64,000 nucleotides of DNA. Origin: Dehalococcoidia bacterium. Lineage in GTDB: Bacteria; Chloroflexota; Dehalococcoidia; Lucifugimonadales; UBA2962. This document shows, one piece after another, positions 1 through 9,445 of this stretch. The stretch spans positions 1,617,427-1,681,426 of the forward strand of contig OZ220697.1 of assembly GCA_965116605.1 (NCBI GenBank), read 5' to 3'. Position numbers and translations under genes: made by a program. The notes under the pieces are model-generated. The model ran no database searches, had not been told where the DNA came from, and was given only the letters and a program-made list of their open reading frames with translations. Position 1 is the first letter of the stretch. The number at the start of each line of letters is the position of its first letter.

Positions 1-798
1 GGGGATGGCGGCCGCATACATGGAATACGGACAACATCCAAGGCGGCCCGCATGGATGGTAAGGCCCTCAAGGGTAGGACAGGCGACCCGTGGACGCCCA
101 TCGATAAGAAACGGGACGGTCTACCGCTGACTCTGGGCCCCGGAGGATTCAACTACAAGCGGGTCGCCGATTACCTGACCAACTGGGAACACCCTGCCCT
201 GCTCAGGCCGACCAGCTCAGAACAGAGATCCGGCGAAACGATGCATTTGGTGGCCCGTGCGATGGTACGGGGGCAGGGTAAGACGGAAGGCTACCATGAG
301 CGCGTCATTCCCATCAGGAAAACGCTCCGGTCCGCCATGCTGCGTCGTAACGCATCTCCGGAACCCGGCCAGATCGCCCAGACACGAATCGAATGCGTCA
401 GTGTCGTCCAGCGCATCCTGAGCCACGCAATACAGGTCTTCGCTGCTCGCGGCGATCACGACAAAGTCAGTCCCGAGCACCGGACTATGGCCCGTGTATG
501 GCTCAATCGGCTCGACGAAATAGTGGATGCCCGGTTCTTCGAGGATCTCCAGCGGGAGTTGGAGGCTGGATCCAGCGAACGCCAGCGCATCAGGAACAAC
601 TGGTTGATGAACGGCAGCGATGGAGTGATCGACCACGCCCGTGTGCTGCTCGATGACGCAGAGTCTACCCTGCCCTGCCCGTCGATACACCGCTACAAGG
701 CTCGTGTCGCCGCCGAAGGGCTTTTTGAGGGACGGATACGCGGGAAAAGCGGCCTGCCGTTCCTCTTTGACCAAGCGACTCAGGAGAACGATGGATGA
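1..798 (+). CDS. cse1: Type I-E Cascade large subunit Cse1/CasA (Cas8e), 3' part only; gene starts off-window
   Basis: The frame of ORF 52..798 stays open back to base 1. It overlaps the next ORF by ATGA. It occupies the first slot of the canonical I-E order cse1-cse2-cas7-cas5-cas6e-cas1-cas2. The call is by synteny, not by a named motif. Confidence 0.75.
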   Translation, partial: GDGGRIHGIRTTSKAARMDGKALKGRTGDPWTPIDKKRDGLPLTLGPGGFNYKRVADYLTNWEHPALLRPTSSEQRSGETMHLVARAMVRGQGKTEGYHERVIPIRKTLRSAMLRRNASPEPGQIAQTRIECVSVVQRILSHAIQVFAARGDHDKVSPEHRTMARVWLNRLDEIVDARFFEDLQRELEAGSSERQRIRNNWLMNGSDGVIDHARVLLDDAESTLPCPSIHRYKARVAAEGLFEGRIRGKSGLPFLFDQATQENDG

Positions 799-1406
799 GC
801 ACTATCCAAGAGGTGGCGTCGCCCGACACTCCCGTCCAGCAGGGGGAGTCCCGGCCCTGGGGAGACATCGCCGTCAGTTTGTCAGGGCAAATAGCCCGTG
901 CCGACTTTCGCCGGGGCGATCTGGCCGAACTGCGACGCATGAACCCGGACGGTCCCAACGCGGCAGCCTTCTGGAAACTGTTGGCTCCGTACGGCCTGCT
1001 GGGCAGCAACACCCTGGAGTGTAAGTGGGCGCTCATCCTTCACGGCATTTCGCTTATGACGCCCACGGGAGACGGTAATGCCCGCACAGCCCACGACGGC
1101 CACAACCCCGTCGGACGGGCGCTGTACCTCGGCGGAGATTCGCAGCGTACATCGCCCCTATACAGCGAGACTCGGCTTAACAGGCTCCTGATGGCGCAGG
1201 GGCCCATGCTGCGAACGCTGCTGGCACGGACGTTCCGGATGCTCGCCGCCGCCAACGTGTCCTTCAACTGGCGGGAGATGGCCACGTTCATCTTGAACGA
1301 AGGCTATGACCAACAGGCAGCCGAACAGGGCCGCCGCCGCATTGCCCGTGCCTACTACGACACGGCGCGACGCAGCTCACTGACCCCCGCGGGCGAGCAC
1401 GAATAG
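795..1406 (+). CDS. cse2: Type I-E Cascade small subunit Cse2/CasB (Cas11)
   Basis: 203 aa, helical-looking and Arg-rich. It lies between the large subunit and cas7, with a 4-nt overlap upstream. Size and position fit Cse2. Confidence 0.75.
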   Translation: MSTIQEVASPDTPVQQGESRPWGDIAVSLSGQIARADFRRGDLAELRRMNPDGPNAAAFWKLLAPYGLLGSNTLECKWALILHGISLMTPTGDGNARTAHDGHNPVGRALYLGGDSQRTSPLYSETRLNRLLMAQGPMLRTLLARTFRMLAAANVSFNWREMATFILNEGYDQQAAEQGRRRIARAYYDTARRSSLTPAGEHE

Positions 1407-1428
1407 CATCAGACAGAGGAGTTCGACC

Positions 1429-2604
1429 ATGACGACACCCAGATTCCTGCAGATCCACACGCTGCACTCCTACCCGGCAGCACTGCTGAACCGTGACGAC
1501 AGCGGCCTGGCCAAGCGCATGCCCTTCGGCGGAGCCGTCCGTACCCGCATTTCGTCCCAGTGCCTCAAGCGCCACTGGCGCGTCGCCCAGGACGAGTTCG
1601 CCATACACAGCATCCCTGGTGCCGAGGGCGCTGTCCGATCGCGCAACGTTGTCGAGCGAATGATCATTGAGCCGCTGCGCGAGAGCGGCCAGTACGGCGA
1701 AGAAATTGTCGATGCAGTGCGGGACGCGTTCAATGTCGGGGTGTACGGTAAAAGCGGGGCGACTGAATCCGGGCGCCAACCCCTGTTGCTGGGACACCCA
1801 GAAGTGGAACATCTGAAGGCGCTTGCCACCTCCATCTGCGCCGAACATTCCGCAGACGCCAAGGCGGCTCGAGACGCGGCAACCAAACTCTTCAACACCC
1901 GCCAGGGCGAAGGCAGGAACTTCCGAGCCCTCCTAAACGGGGCTCGGCTCCCCGCCGGGCTCGAGGGGGCGCTGTTCGGGCGAATGGTCACATCTGACCC
2001 CGGATCCAACATCGACGCCGCCATCCATGTGGCACACGCCTTCACCGTGCACAGTGAGGAGAGCGAGAGCGACTACTTCTCCGTGGTCGACGATTTACAG
2101 AGCCTTGAAGAGGACTCAGGCGCCGCCCATATCGGCGACATGGAGCTCACCGCCGGCCTGTTCTATGGCTACGTAGTGGTTGACGTGCCAAGCCTGGTCT
2201 CCAATCTGGAGGGCTGCCCCGCAGGCGACTGGGAGTGCGCCGATCGAAGCCTGGCCGCCAGGGTCGTGGACCACCTGGCGCACCTCATAGCCACCGTCTC
2301 TCCCGGCGCGAAGCTGGGCTCCACCGCGCCCTACGGCTATGCCGATCTGATGTTCATTGAGGCCGGGTCCCGTCAGCCTCGCAGCCTCGCCAACGCCTAC
2401 CGCACCGCCATCGAGGCGCAGACTGGCACGGCCACAACCGCCATGTCCGGATACCTGCAAAAGCTCGATGCAGCCTACGGCTCGCGCGAGGTGCGCCGCG
2501 TGATGTCGGTCGAGGACTGCGAGATGCCCGCCTCCCAGCGGCTATCCCTGGACGACCTCGCATCCTGGGCCGCAGATTCGGTCCGTAATGGCCTGGCCGA
2601 ATAG
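1429..2604 (+). CDS. cas7: Type I-E Cascade backbone subunit Cas7e/CasC (Cse4)
   Basis: 391 aa. The N-terminus FLQIHTLHSYPAALLNRDDSGLAKR...RISSQCLKRHWR matches the Cas7e pattern as I remember it. A GAGGAG Shine-Dalgarno sits just upstream. Confidence 0.9.
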   Translation: MTTPRFLQIHTLHSYPAALLNRDDSGLAKRMPFGGAVRTRISSQCLKRHWRVAQDEFAIHSIPGAEGAVRSRNVVERMIIEPLRESGQYGEEIVDAVRDAFNVGVYGKSGATESGRQPLLLGHPEVEHLKALATSICAEHSADAKAARDAATKLFNTRQGEGRNFRALLNGARLPAGLEGALFGRMVTSDPGSNIDAAIHVAHAFTVHSEESESDYFSVVDDLQSLEEDSGAAHIGDMELTAGLFYGYVVVDVPSLVSNLEGCPAGDWECADRSLAARVVDHLAHLIATVSPGAKLGSTAPYGYADLMFIEAGSRQPRSLANAYRTAIEAQTGTATTAMSGYLQKLDAAYGSREVRRVMSVEDCEMPASQRLSLDDLASWAADSVRNGLAE

Positions 2605-2607
2605 ACC

Positions 2608-3375
2608 ATGCGGCATCTCATCGTGAACTTGGAGTCTCCCCTTATGGCCTTCGGTGGCGAGGCAGTCGACAGCTACGGCGTCATCAGGTCCTTCCCGGCG
2701 ACGTCGATGCTCACCGGCCTGTTGGCCAACGCCCTGGGCTGGCGGCGCGTCGACCGAGAACGGCACCAAGGGCTTGAGGGCAGATTGATCTTTGCCGCCC
2801 GCATCGACCGGGAACCACATGGAGGCGCCAGCATGCGGGACTTTCAGAGCGCGGCCATTAACAACACCGAACAGGGCTGGACGACGCGAGGATATCCTGA
2901 AGGCCGCGGCGGCGGGACATACCAGAATCACCTGCGCTACCGCGACTACTTCGCAGACATGATCGTAACCGTGGCCCTGCGCCTCGATCCTGTAGACGGA
3001 GAACCGACGCTGGAAGGCCTGGCAGAGGCCCTGCGGGAACCGGGCCGTCCCCTTTTCATCGGCCGCAAGCCATGCCTACCCTCGGCCCCGCTTTTCGCGG
3101 GATTCATCGATGCCGACACCGCGCTGGCCGCCTTGGGGAACTGGCCGATCGCCAAGGAAACCGGCAGCGCCTCGCCTGTAAGGGCTCTGTGGCCCGAAGG
3201 AGAGGGCATGGCGGATATCGACCCCACCCACCGCTACATGCTTACCGACCAGCGCAATTGGGTGTCCGGACTGCACGGCGGTGGGCGGGCGGTCTTCGAG
3301 GGATTCTTGGGCCGTGATCAGTTCCCGTCGGTCCCGACGGCCACCGCGCCGCAAGAAGAGAGCGCGGCGGCATGA
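2608..3375 (+). CDS. cas5: Type I-E Cas5e/CasD
   Basis: MRHLIVNLESPLMAFGGEAVDSYGVIRSFPATSMLTGLLANALGW is the Cas5e N-terminal pattern. It starts 4 nt after the cas7 stop. Confidence 0.85.
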   Translation: MRHLIVNLESPLMAFGGEAVDSYGVIRSFPATSMLTGLLANALGWRRVDRERHQGLEGRLIFAARIDREPHGGASMRDFQSAAINNTEQGWTTRGYPEGRGGGTYQNHLRYRDYFADMIVTVALRLDPVDGEPTLEGLAEALREPGRPLFIGRKPCLPSAPLFAGFIDADTALAALGNWPIAKETGSASPVRALWPEGEGMADIDPTHRYMLTDQRNWVSGLHGGGRAVFEGFLGRDQFPSVPTATAPQEESAAA

Positions 3376-4124
3376 TCACGACACCTGAACCAACAATCGA
3401 ACCGGACGTTCTGCAGATGATCCGCGCGGAGGTCAACGTCAGGGAGCTCTACAGGTGGATGGGCGTCAGGCGCCTTGCAGACCCAGACCACGCCATGCAC
3501 TGCCTGCTTACCGAGTGCTTCGGAGACCTGGCTCCCAGGCCCTTTCGGCTTATTGTGCCACGCGGCGGGTCCACCGGTGTCCTATACGGGTACGGTGGCT
3601 CCGGCACCGACGCCCTGCGCGAAGCGTCTGCCATCTGCGCAGACCCGCTTCAGTGCCGGGTCATACCCGCCGAAAAACTCGACAGCAAGGAGATGCCCAC
3701 GCAATGGAGGGTCGGCAAACGCCTCGGTTTCGAAACACGTGTGCGCCCGATAGTGCGGCGCTCCCGACGCTCCGAAAACCGCCCGTCGGGAGAATGCGAT
3801 GCCTTCCTATGGGAAGCCCTGCAGCAGCCAGAGAGCGGCATGAAGCGCAGCAGAGAGGAAGTTTATGCGGGATGGCTTTCGGACCAATTCAACAGAATCG
3901 GCGGGGCGAGACTGGACATTGAGCACATCAAGCTGGTGTCGTTTCAACGTAGCCGCGCCATCCGCAGGCTGCGCGCCCGACACACCGAAGGGCCGGACGC
4001 ATTGATGCGCGGCATGCTTACGATCATCGACCCCGCCGGCTTCCGGCGTCTACTGGCCCGAGGCGTCGGGCGGCACCGTGCCTATGGCTATGGAATGCTG
4101 CTCCTCCGCCCGGCCAGCGGATGA
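3372..4124 (+). CDS. cas6e: Type I-E crRNA endoribonuclease Cas6e/CasE (Cse3)
   Basis: 250 aa with an ATGA overlap with cas5. The C-terminal glycine-rich loop GVGRHRAYGYGMLLLRP is typical of Cas6e. Confidence 0.85.
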   Translation: MITTPEPTIEPDVLQMIRAEVNVRELYRWMGVRRLADPDHAMHCLLTECFGDLAPRPFRLIVPRGGSTGVLYGYGGSGTDALREASAICADPLQCRVIPAEKLDSKEMPTQWRVGKRLGFETRVRPIVRRSRRSENRPSGECDAFLWEALQQPESGMKRSREEVYAGWLSDQFNRIGGARLDIEHIKLVSFQRSRAIRRLRARHTEGPDALMRGMLTIIDPAGFRRLLARGVGRHRAYGYGMLLLRPASG

Positions 4125-4163
4125 CCGTCGGTTACGCACCTTACCAAACCAATAGCACGCTCC

Positions 4164-4193
4164 CATTTGCCCCGCACACGCGGGGAAAGCGAG
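4164..4193 (+). repeat. Solitary CRISPR-repeat-like hairpin in the cas6e-cas1 intergenic gap
   Basis: CATTTG CCCCGC ACAC GCGGGG AAAGCGAG. It has the same 6-bp stem and 4-nt loop as the array repeat (CCCCGU AGGC GCGGGG). The repeat's U-G wobble is replaced by a C-G pair. A T-rich 5' flank and an A-rich 3' flank are kept. Confidence 0.6.
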
Positions 4194-4203
4194 TGTAGAC
4201 ACG

Positions 4204-5148
4204 ATGCTTAAGGGCCGCCTGGGACTGGAAACCGCCAGGATTCCCCATGCCGATCGTCACGGCCTGTTGTGGCTGTCACGTGGCGCCCTGACGGTGCGGG
4301 ACGGCACACTCCGGTTCCAGCGCAATGACGAAAGAGACGACGCCAGTCCCTTGGAAGGCGGCGAGTACGGCATACCCTTTCAGACCCTGTCAATGATCTT
4401 GCTGGGACCGGGTTCGACGGTCAGCCACGACGCCCTGCGCCTCATGGGACGCCACGGCACCGCGCTGGTCGCCGTGGGCCAAGATGGCGTCAGATGTTAC
4501 ACGGCCCCGCCACTAATGCCTGATACCTCTGATATGGCTCGTCGACAAATGCGCGCTTGGGGCGACCCCGAGGGAAGCCGAATCAAAATAGCCCGCAAAA
4601 TGTACGCTCTACGCCTTGGAGAGGTTCTCCCTCACCAGAGTCTTAGCGCCCTTCGCGGAATCGAAGGCGCGCGCGCGAAACGCACCTATCAAATCCTGGC
4701 GCAGCGCTATGGGATAACATGGCGTGGTCGCCGTTACGACCGATCGAACCCGCTGGCTGCGGACATTCCGAATCAGGCCATCAATCACGCCTCGGTTGCC
4801 GTGACCTCCGCGGCCGTGATCGCCGTGACAGCCATTGGCGCAATTCCGCAGCTTGGCTTCATTCATGAACACAGCGGCGACGCCTTCGCCCTAGACATAG
4901 CTGACCTGTTCCGAGACACAGTCCTTCTGCCCGCCGCGTTCAAATCTGCAAAGGCTGTGACCGACAACCCCACGCTGAACATCGAACGGCACACTAGGCG
5001 CATCACAGGAGAGATGCTCCGGACAGAGCTAGTGATTTCAAGGATGATTGACCGCATAAAGACGCTATTCGATGATGTTGCCGTCCCCCGAGGTGATCTG
5101 GCGGCCCCGGAAGGTGAACTGTCTCAGGAGCCAGGGGCAGTTCCGTGA
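4204..5148 (+). CDS. cas1: Cas1 integrase (I-E type)
   Basis: 314 aa, position and length fit I-E Cas1. It overlaps cas2 by 4 nt (GTGA). Confidence 0.9.
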   Translation: MLKGRLGLETARIPHADRHGLLWLSRGALTVRDGTLRFQRNDERDDASPLEGGEYGIPFQTLSMILLGPGSTVSHDALRLMGRHGTALVAVGQDGVRCYTAPPLMPDTSDMARRQMRAWGDPEGSRIKIARKMYALRLGEVLPHQSLSALRGIEGARAKRTYQILAQRYGITWRGRRYDRSNPLAADIPNQAINHASVAVTSAAVIAVTAIGAIPQLGFIHEHSGDAFALDIADLFRDTVLLPAAFKSAKAVTDNPTLNIERHTRRITGEMLRTELVISRMIDRIKTLFDDVAVPRGDLAAPEGELSQEPGAVP

Positions 5149-5432
5149 CAGTGGTCGTCACCGTCAACGTAGAGGCCCGCTATCGAGGGTATCTCGCATC
5201 GGCGATGCTGGAAATAGCTCCCGGCGTCTACACATCTCCGCAAATGACCGGCGGTATCAGGGATAGGATCTGGGAAGTGCTGTCCCATTGGTATTACCAG
5301 CTAGGACAGGGCTCTATAGTGATGACGTGGCGCGATACCAGCTCCGTAGGCGAACAGCGAATTCGTACCCTAGGGGACGCTCCCAAGGAGATCGTCGATG
5401 CCGACGGCGTCTACTTGGTCAAATACCGCTAG
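5145..5432 (+). CDS. cas2: Cas2 (I-E type)
   Basis: 95 aa. MTVVVTVNVEARYRGYLASAMLEIAPGVYTSP resembles the E. coli-type Cas2 N-terminus. It is the last gene before the leader. Confidence 0.85.
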   Translation: MTVVVTVNVEARYRGYLASAMLEIAPGVYTSPQMTGGIRDRIWEVLSHWYYQLGQGSIVMTWRDTSSVGEQRIRTLGDAPKEIVDADGVYLVKYR

Positions 5433-5487
5433 TCACATCGGCTGACAGATTATCACGAATTGCTATATATACTATCGCAGTAAAAGG
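5433..5487 (+). promoter_or_regulatory. CRISPR leader (AT-rich)
   Basis: A 55-bp AT-rich stretch (..ATTGCTATATATACTATCGCAGTAAAAG) lies between the cas2 stop and the first, perfect repeat. Degenerate repeats are at the opposite end of the array. Confidence 0.7.
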
Positions 5488-8273
5488 GGTTTCCCCGTAG
5501 GCGCGGGGATAGACCTAGATACCTTCTCTGTGGCACCCACTACACTCTGGTTTCCCCGTAGGCGCGGGGATAGACCCGACGAGGGGCCGAAATATCGGAT
5601 TGCGGCACAGGTTTCCCCGTAGGCGCGGGGATAGACCTGGGTGTTCCGGTGTTGTGATGAGAAACCATCCGGTTTCCCCGTAGGCGCGGGGATAGACCTC
5701 CCGCATCCAGCGTTCCACGGTCAGACCATAGGGTTTCCCCGTAGGCGCGGGGATAGACCTATCTGGTTTTCCGTGATCCTGGCCGTGGTGTTGGTTTCCC
5801 CGTAGGCGCGGGGATAGACCCAAGGCGAGGAGTAAGCGTGGACGGCGATCAGGGGTTTCCCCGTAGGCGCGGGGATAGACCCGCCCACATGCAGGCGCTC
5901 GTGGAAGCGTACTGGGTTTCCCCGTAGGCGCGGGGATAGACCGGACCCGACCGCCGGGAAGGATGTCGGGGAGCTGGTTTCCCCGTAGGCGCGGGGATAG
6001 ACCCGGAGCTAGCGGTGCCTCTGGCTCAGGAACAGCGGTTTCCCCGTAGGCGCGGGGATAGACCGGCTCACGACTTCGGCGCGACTGGCTACACGGCGGT
6101 TTCCCCGTAGGCGCGGGGATAGACCTATGCGGACTGGCTCGCGGAGCCCCCGCCCACCGGTTTCCCCGTAGGCGCGGGGATAGACCGGACACGACCGATC
6201 AGGTCGAGGGGCTGGCAATGGTTTCCCCGTAGGCGCGGGGATAGACCGCTGTCGGCGTCGATCTGCGCCCCTTCATCGACGGTTTCCCCGTAGGCGCGGG
6301 GATAGACCCGGTTACGTCGGTGACCCCCTTGATTCGGGGTAGGTTTCCCCGTAGGCGCGGGGATAGACCCGTTGTCCCGAGGATCCGCTGCGCCGTGGCC
6401 TTGGTTTCCCCGTAGGCGCGGGGATAGACCCCTCGCATTCAGTACACAGGAGCCGACAATGCCGGTTTCCCCGTAGGCGCGGGGATAGACCCTACGACAC
6501 CGATGTCAGAGGCCGCGTGGTCGGGGTTTCCCCGTAGGCGCGGGGATAGACCTTTGAGCGGGCGGCCGAGACCTCCCTGGGGGTCGTCCGGTTTCCCCGT
6601 AGGCGCGGGGATAGACCGGGGTGAGGCTGATCTTCCCATAAGCCGGTTCGGGTTTCCCCGTAGGCGCGGGGATAGACCGTGGCCACCGGGACAGTCGTCG
6701 CCGTAGTAGTGGGTTTCCCCGTAGGCGCGGGGATAGACCTGTGCCAGTCGGGATAATCGGCCCTCAGGGCCGGGTTTCCCCGTAGGCGCGGGGATAGACC
6801 GACTCTTGCCTATACCGCCCGGCGTCGTGAGCTGGTTTCCCCGTAGGCGCGGGGATAGACCCTGAAGGTCCAGGCCCAACGGGACCGCCTGATCGGTTTC
6901 CCCGTAGGCGCGGGGATAGACCTGCCCGTTTGATTTCGCGGGGGGTGAGGCGAAGGGTTTCCCCGTAGGCGCGGGGATAGACCTGGCACTAACTGGATTA
7001 AAGGGGGAACTTTTAAGGTTTCCCCGTAGGCGCGGGGATAGACCGGTCTTACGCCTTTTCACCGCCCGCAGTTTCACGGTTTCCCCGTAGGCGCGGGGAT
7101 AGACCTATCGGACCGGTGAGAATCGAAGGATTGGGATTGGTTTCCCCGTAGGCGCGGGGATAGACCGGCCCGTCAGCACCGTCACTATGAGGTCGGGCGG
7201 GTTTCCCCGTAGGCGCGGGGATAGACCGCGCATGGCAACTGAGACGATGCGTTCCAGCGCGGTTTCCCCGTAGGCGCGGGGATAGACCGCCCGCGTAGTA
7301 CGCCTGCCCGACGGTATCGAAGGTTTCCCCGTAGGCGCGGGGATAGACCGATACTGTCACCACCCGTGTGTATACACTTACTGGTTTCCCCGTAGGCGCG
7401 GGGATAGACCCGACCTGTCCGACCACTTCATGCAGGTGACGATGGTTTCCCCGTAGGCGCGGGGATAGACCCGGCAGCATGGCCACCGTATACAGTGCCG
7501 ACGAGGTTTCCCCGTAGGCGCGGGGATAGACCCGGCGTGATCGTCACGCGCATCTCGTCGTAGTAGGTTTCCCCGTAGGCGCGGGGATAGACCCGCCTCG
7601 CGGTAGGGTTTGGTCAATGCCACCTGGGTTTCCCCGTAGGCGCGGGGATAGACCGATTTGGCAGAAGACCATAGAGGCCCAAACCCAGGTTTCCCCGTAG
7701 GCGCGGGGATAGACCTGGTTCCACGGCCCGTCTATACAGCAAGGCTGAGGTTTCCCCGTAGGCGCGGGGATAGACCCATGATCGTGATGCACCCCAATGA
7801 CTGGGCGGCGGTTTCCCCGTAGGCGCGGGGATAGACCCCGAACTCCTCCGTGACGAGCGCGACCAATTCAGGTTTCCCCGTAGGCGCGGGGATAGACCCC
7901 ACGCTTTGCGTCTCCGTTTCCAGCTAGCTGCGGTTTCCCCGTAGGCGCGGGGATAGACCGTGCCATTCGACGCTACATAGGTAACTGATCCAGGTTTCCC
8001 CGTAGGCGCGGGGATAGACCCAGGTCATTCTGCGGCCTGGCGGACGATTGGGGGGGTTCCCCGTAGGCGCGGAGATAGACCCTGAATCCCCATTTCTGCG
8101 AGAGCCTGTTCCGCGGTTTCCCCGTAGGCGCGGGGATAGACCTCGGCCAGAGCATCGCCCAGGGTTTTGGAATCGAGAACCGACCGAGGTTTCCCCGTAG
8201 GCGCGGGGATGGACCTCATACAGCAGACGGACCAAACCAAGTGTGCGAGGTTTCCCCGTAGGCGCGGGTGACC
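5488..8273 (+). CRISPR. Type I-E CRISPR array, 46 repeats / 45 spacers (manual count)
   Basis: The 28-nt conserved repeat is GGTTTCCCCGTAGGCGCGGGGATAGACC, recurring every 61 bp (33-nt spacers on this definition). Repeats start at 5488, 5549, 5610 ... 8115, 8188, 8249. The last repeats are mutated (8054 GGGTTCCCC..GGAGATAGACC; 8188 ..GGGGATGGACC; 8249 truncated ..GCGGGTGACC). Orientation matches the I-E consensus (..CGGGGATAAACC). Confidence 0.97.
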
Positions 8274-8317
8274 TGGCTCAGGCCTATCGCACTAGAGGCG
8301 AGCGGCAGGTCCTTAAA

Positions 8318-9153
8318 GTGGCCGCGATTGCAGCCGATGTCGCTCTTGACGATGTACTTGATCTCGGACGCAAGCTTGATGCAGACCCGCTCCTTAGAGA
8401 AGTCTTCTACCGCCAGTATCCGAATGTAGACCTCGAATCTCTCGCGGGTGCCTCGGACGAACGGCTTGATGGCCTGGCGAACGGAGTGAAGGGCAAGTAT
8501 TTCGAAATGCTCGTGTGCGACCGACTAAATGCCGGAGAGCGGCTGGGGGAACTGCGGCTTGATCCCGGCCAGAACGCCCATCTAGCCGAGTCGTCTACGC
8601 AGCCCGGATGGGACCTGCGAATTGAGAATGAGGATGGTTCCTTCAACTCAAGGCCACCGAATCGATGGGATATGTGAAAGAGGCCGTGGTCGAATATCCC
8701 GACATACGAGTGGTCGTGCCCCCGGAAGTCGACGCCGGTGCCGATTACGTCCTGGGTACCGACATCTCTAACGAGTAGTTGGACGACTTCGTTGTGACCC
8801 AGATCAGTGAATTGGCGGACAGAGCGGTTGATGATCTCTTGGATCAAGCCGCTGAGACGGCCTTCGATGCCATCACATTCGCGTCGATGATTGTCACCGG
8901 TGTTATCGAAGGAGGCAGATACCTGACCGGACGTTCGACCCTCCGGCAAGCCCTCCGTAAAGGGGCAAGACGCATGGGAAGAGTGAGTGTGTACAACGCG
9001 TTAGGAGTGATCCTGGGCCCAACTGGAGTGGGCGTTCCACTGGTGATGGGAATGCGATTTGCTGAAGGCAGGCTAACGGGCAGGATTGACCTTGCAGCTC
9101 TTCTGGAATCGAGGGCGCTGGAGATTAGGCGATTGACTATATCGGGTGCCTGA
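8318..9153 (+). pseudogene. PD-(D/E)xK-like nuclease gene with C-terminal membrane segment, disrupted (frameshift near 8650 plus in-frame TAG at 8776)
   Basis: Frame 1 gives ..GKYFEMLVCDRLNAGERLGEL..QPGWDLRIENEDGS. It continues after a frame change as LQLKATESMGYVKEAVVEYPDIRVVVPPEV (D..(E/Q)xK-like). After the TAG it reads LDDFVVTQ...VILGPTGVGVPLVMGM. The family is not recognised by name. Confidence 0.4.
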
Positions 9154-9445
9154 GTGAGAGGGGATCGAAGCACACGATTCAGGAGAAGAGAACGAGGGCC
9201 TCTGCATCGATCGCACGCCCTCCATCTGCCCTCCACCAGTTCAACACCGCGTCCGCGGCGCCATGGGCAAAATTGAAGAAACGCATTGAACGACTCTACA
9301 TTAGCAGCGCTCACCGTCATCCACGTAGCCAGCGACAATTCGCTATGATGCATCGCAGTTGGCGTCAAGCCGAATGTCCAAGCTCATGCGATCCGCATTC
9401 GGAATTCCCGTCTTCTAAGTCGTAGGCCGCGGAGGTACAGCAAAA

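Noticed and set aside
1404-2604. TAG reassigned as a sense codon (amber suppression or pyrrolysine) to explain the in-frame TAGs.
   Set aside because: TAG terminates clearly intact genes here: cse2, cas7, cas2, the helicase, the EEP gene, and the CARDB and LRR giants. Reading through the cas7 TAG would fuse cas7 to cas5 in frame. No pyl genes or tRNA are visible. All affected genes also show other decay, such as frameshifts, truncations or missing starts.
1-5432. An incomplete type I-E system lacking cas3.
   Set aside because: This cannot be judged. The locus runs off the left edge of the window inside cse1, and cas3 normally lies upstream of cse1.
5515-8240. Many minus-strand ORFs rich in the recurring peptide GLSPRLRGN / SIPAPTGKP / VYPRAYGET.
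   Set aside because: They are three-frame translations of the CRISPR repeat read antisense. The periodicity equals the 61-bp repeat unit.
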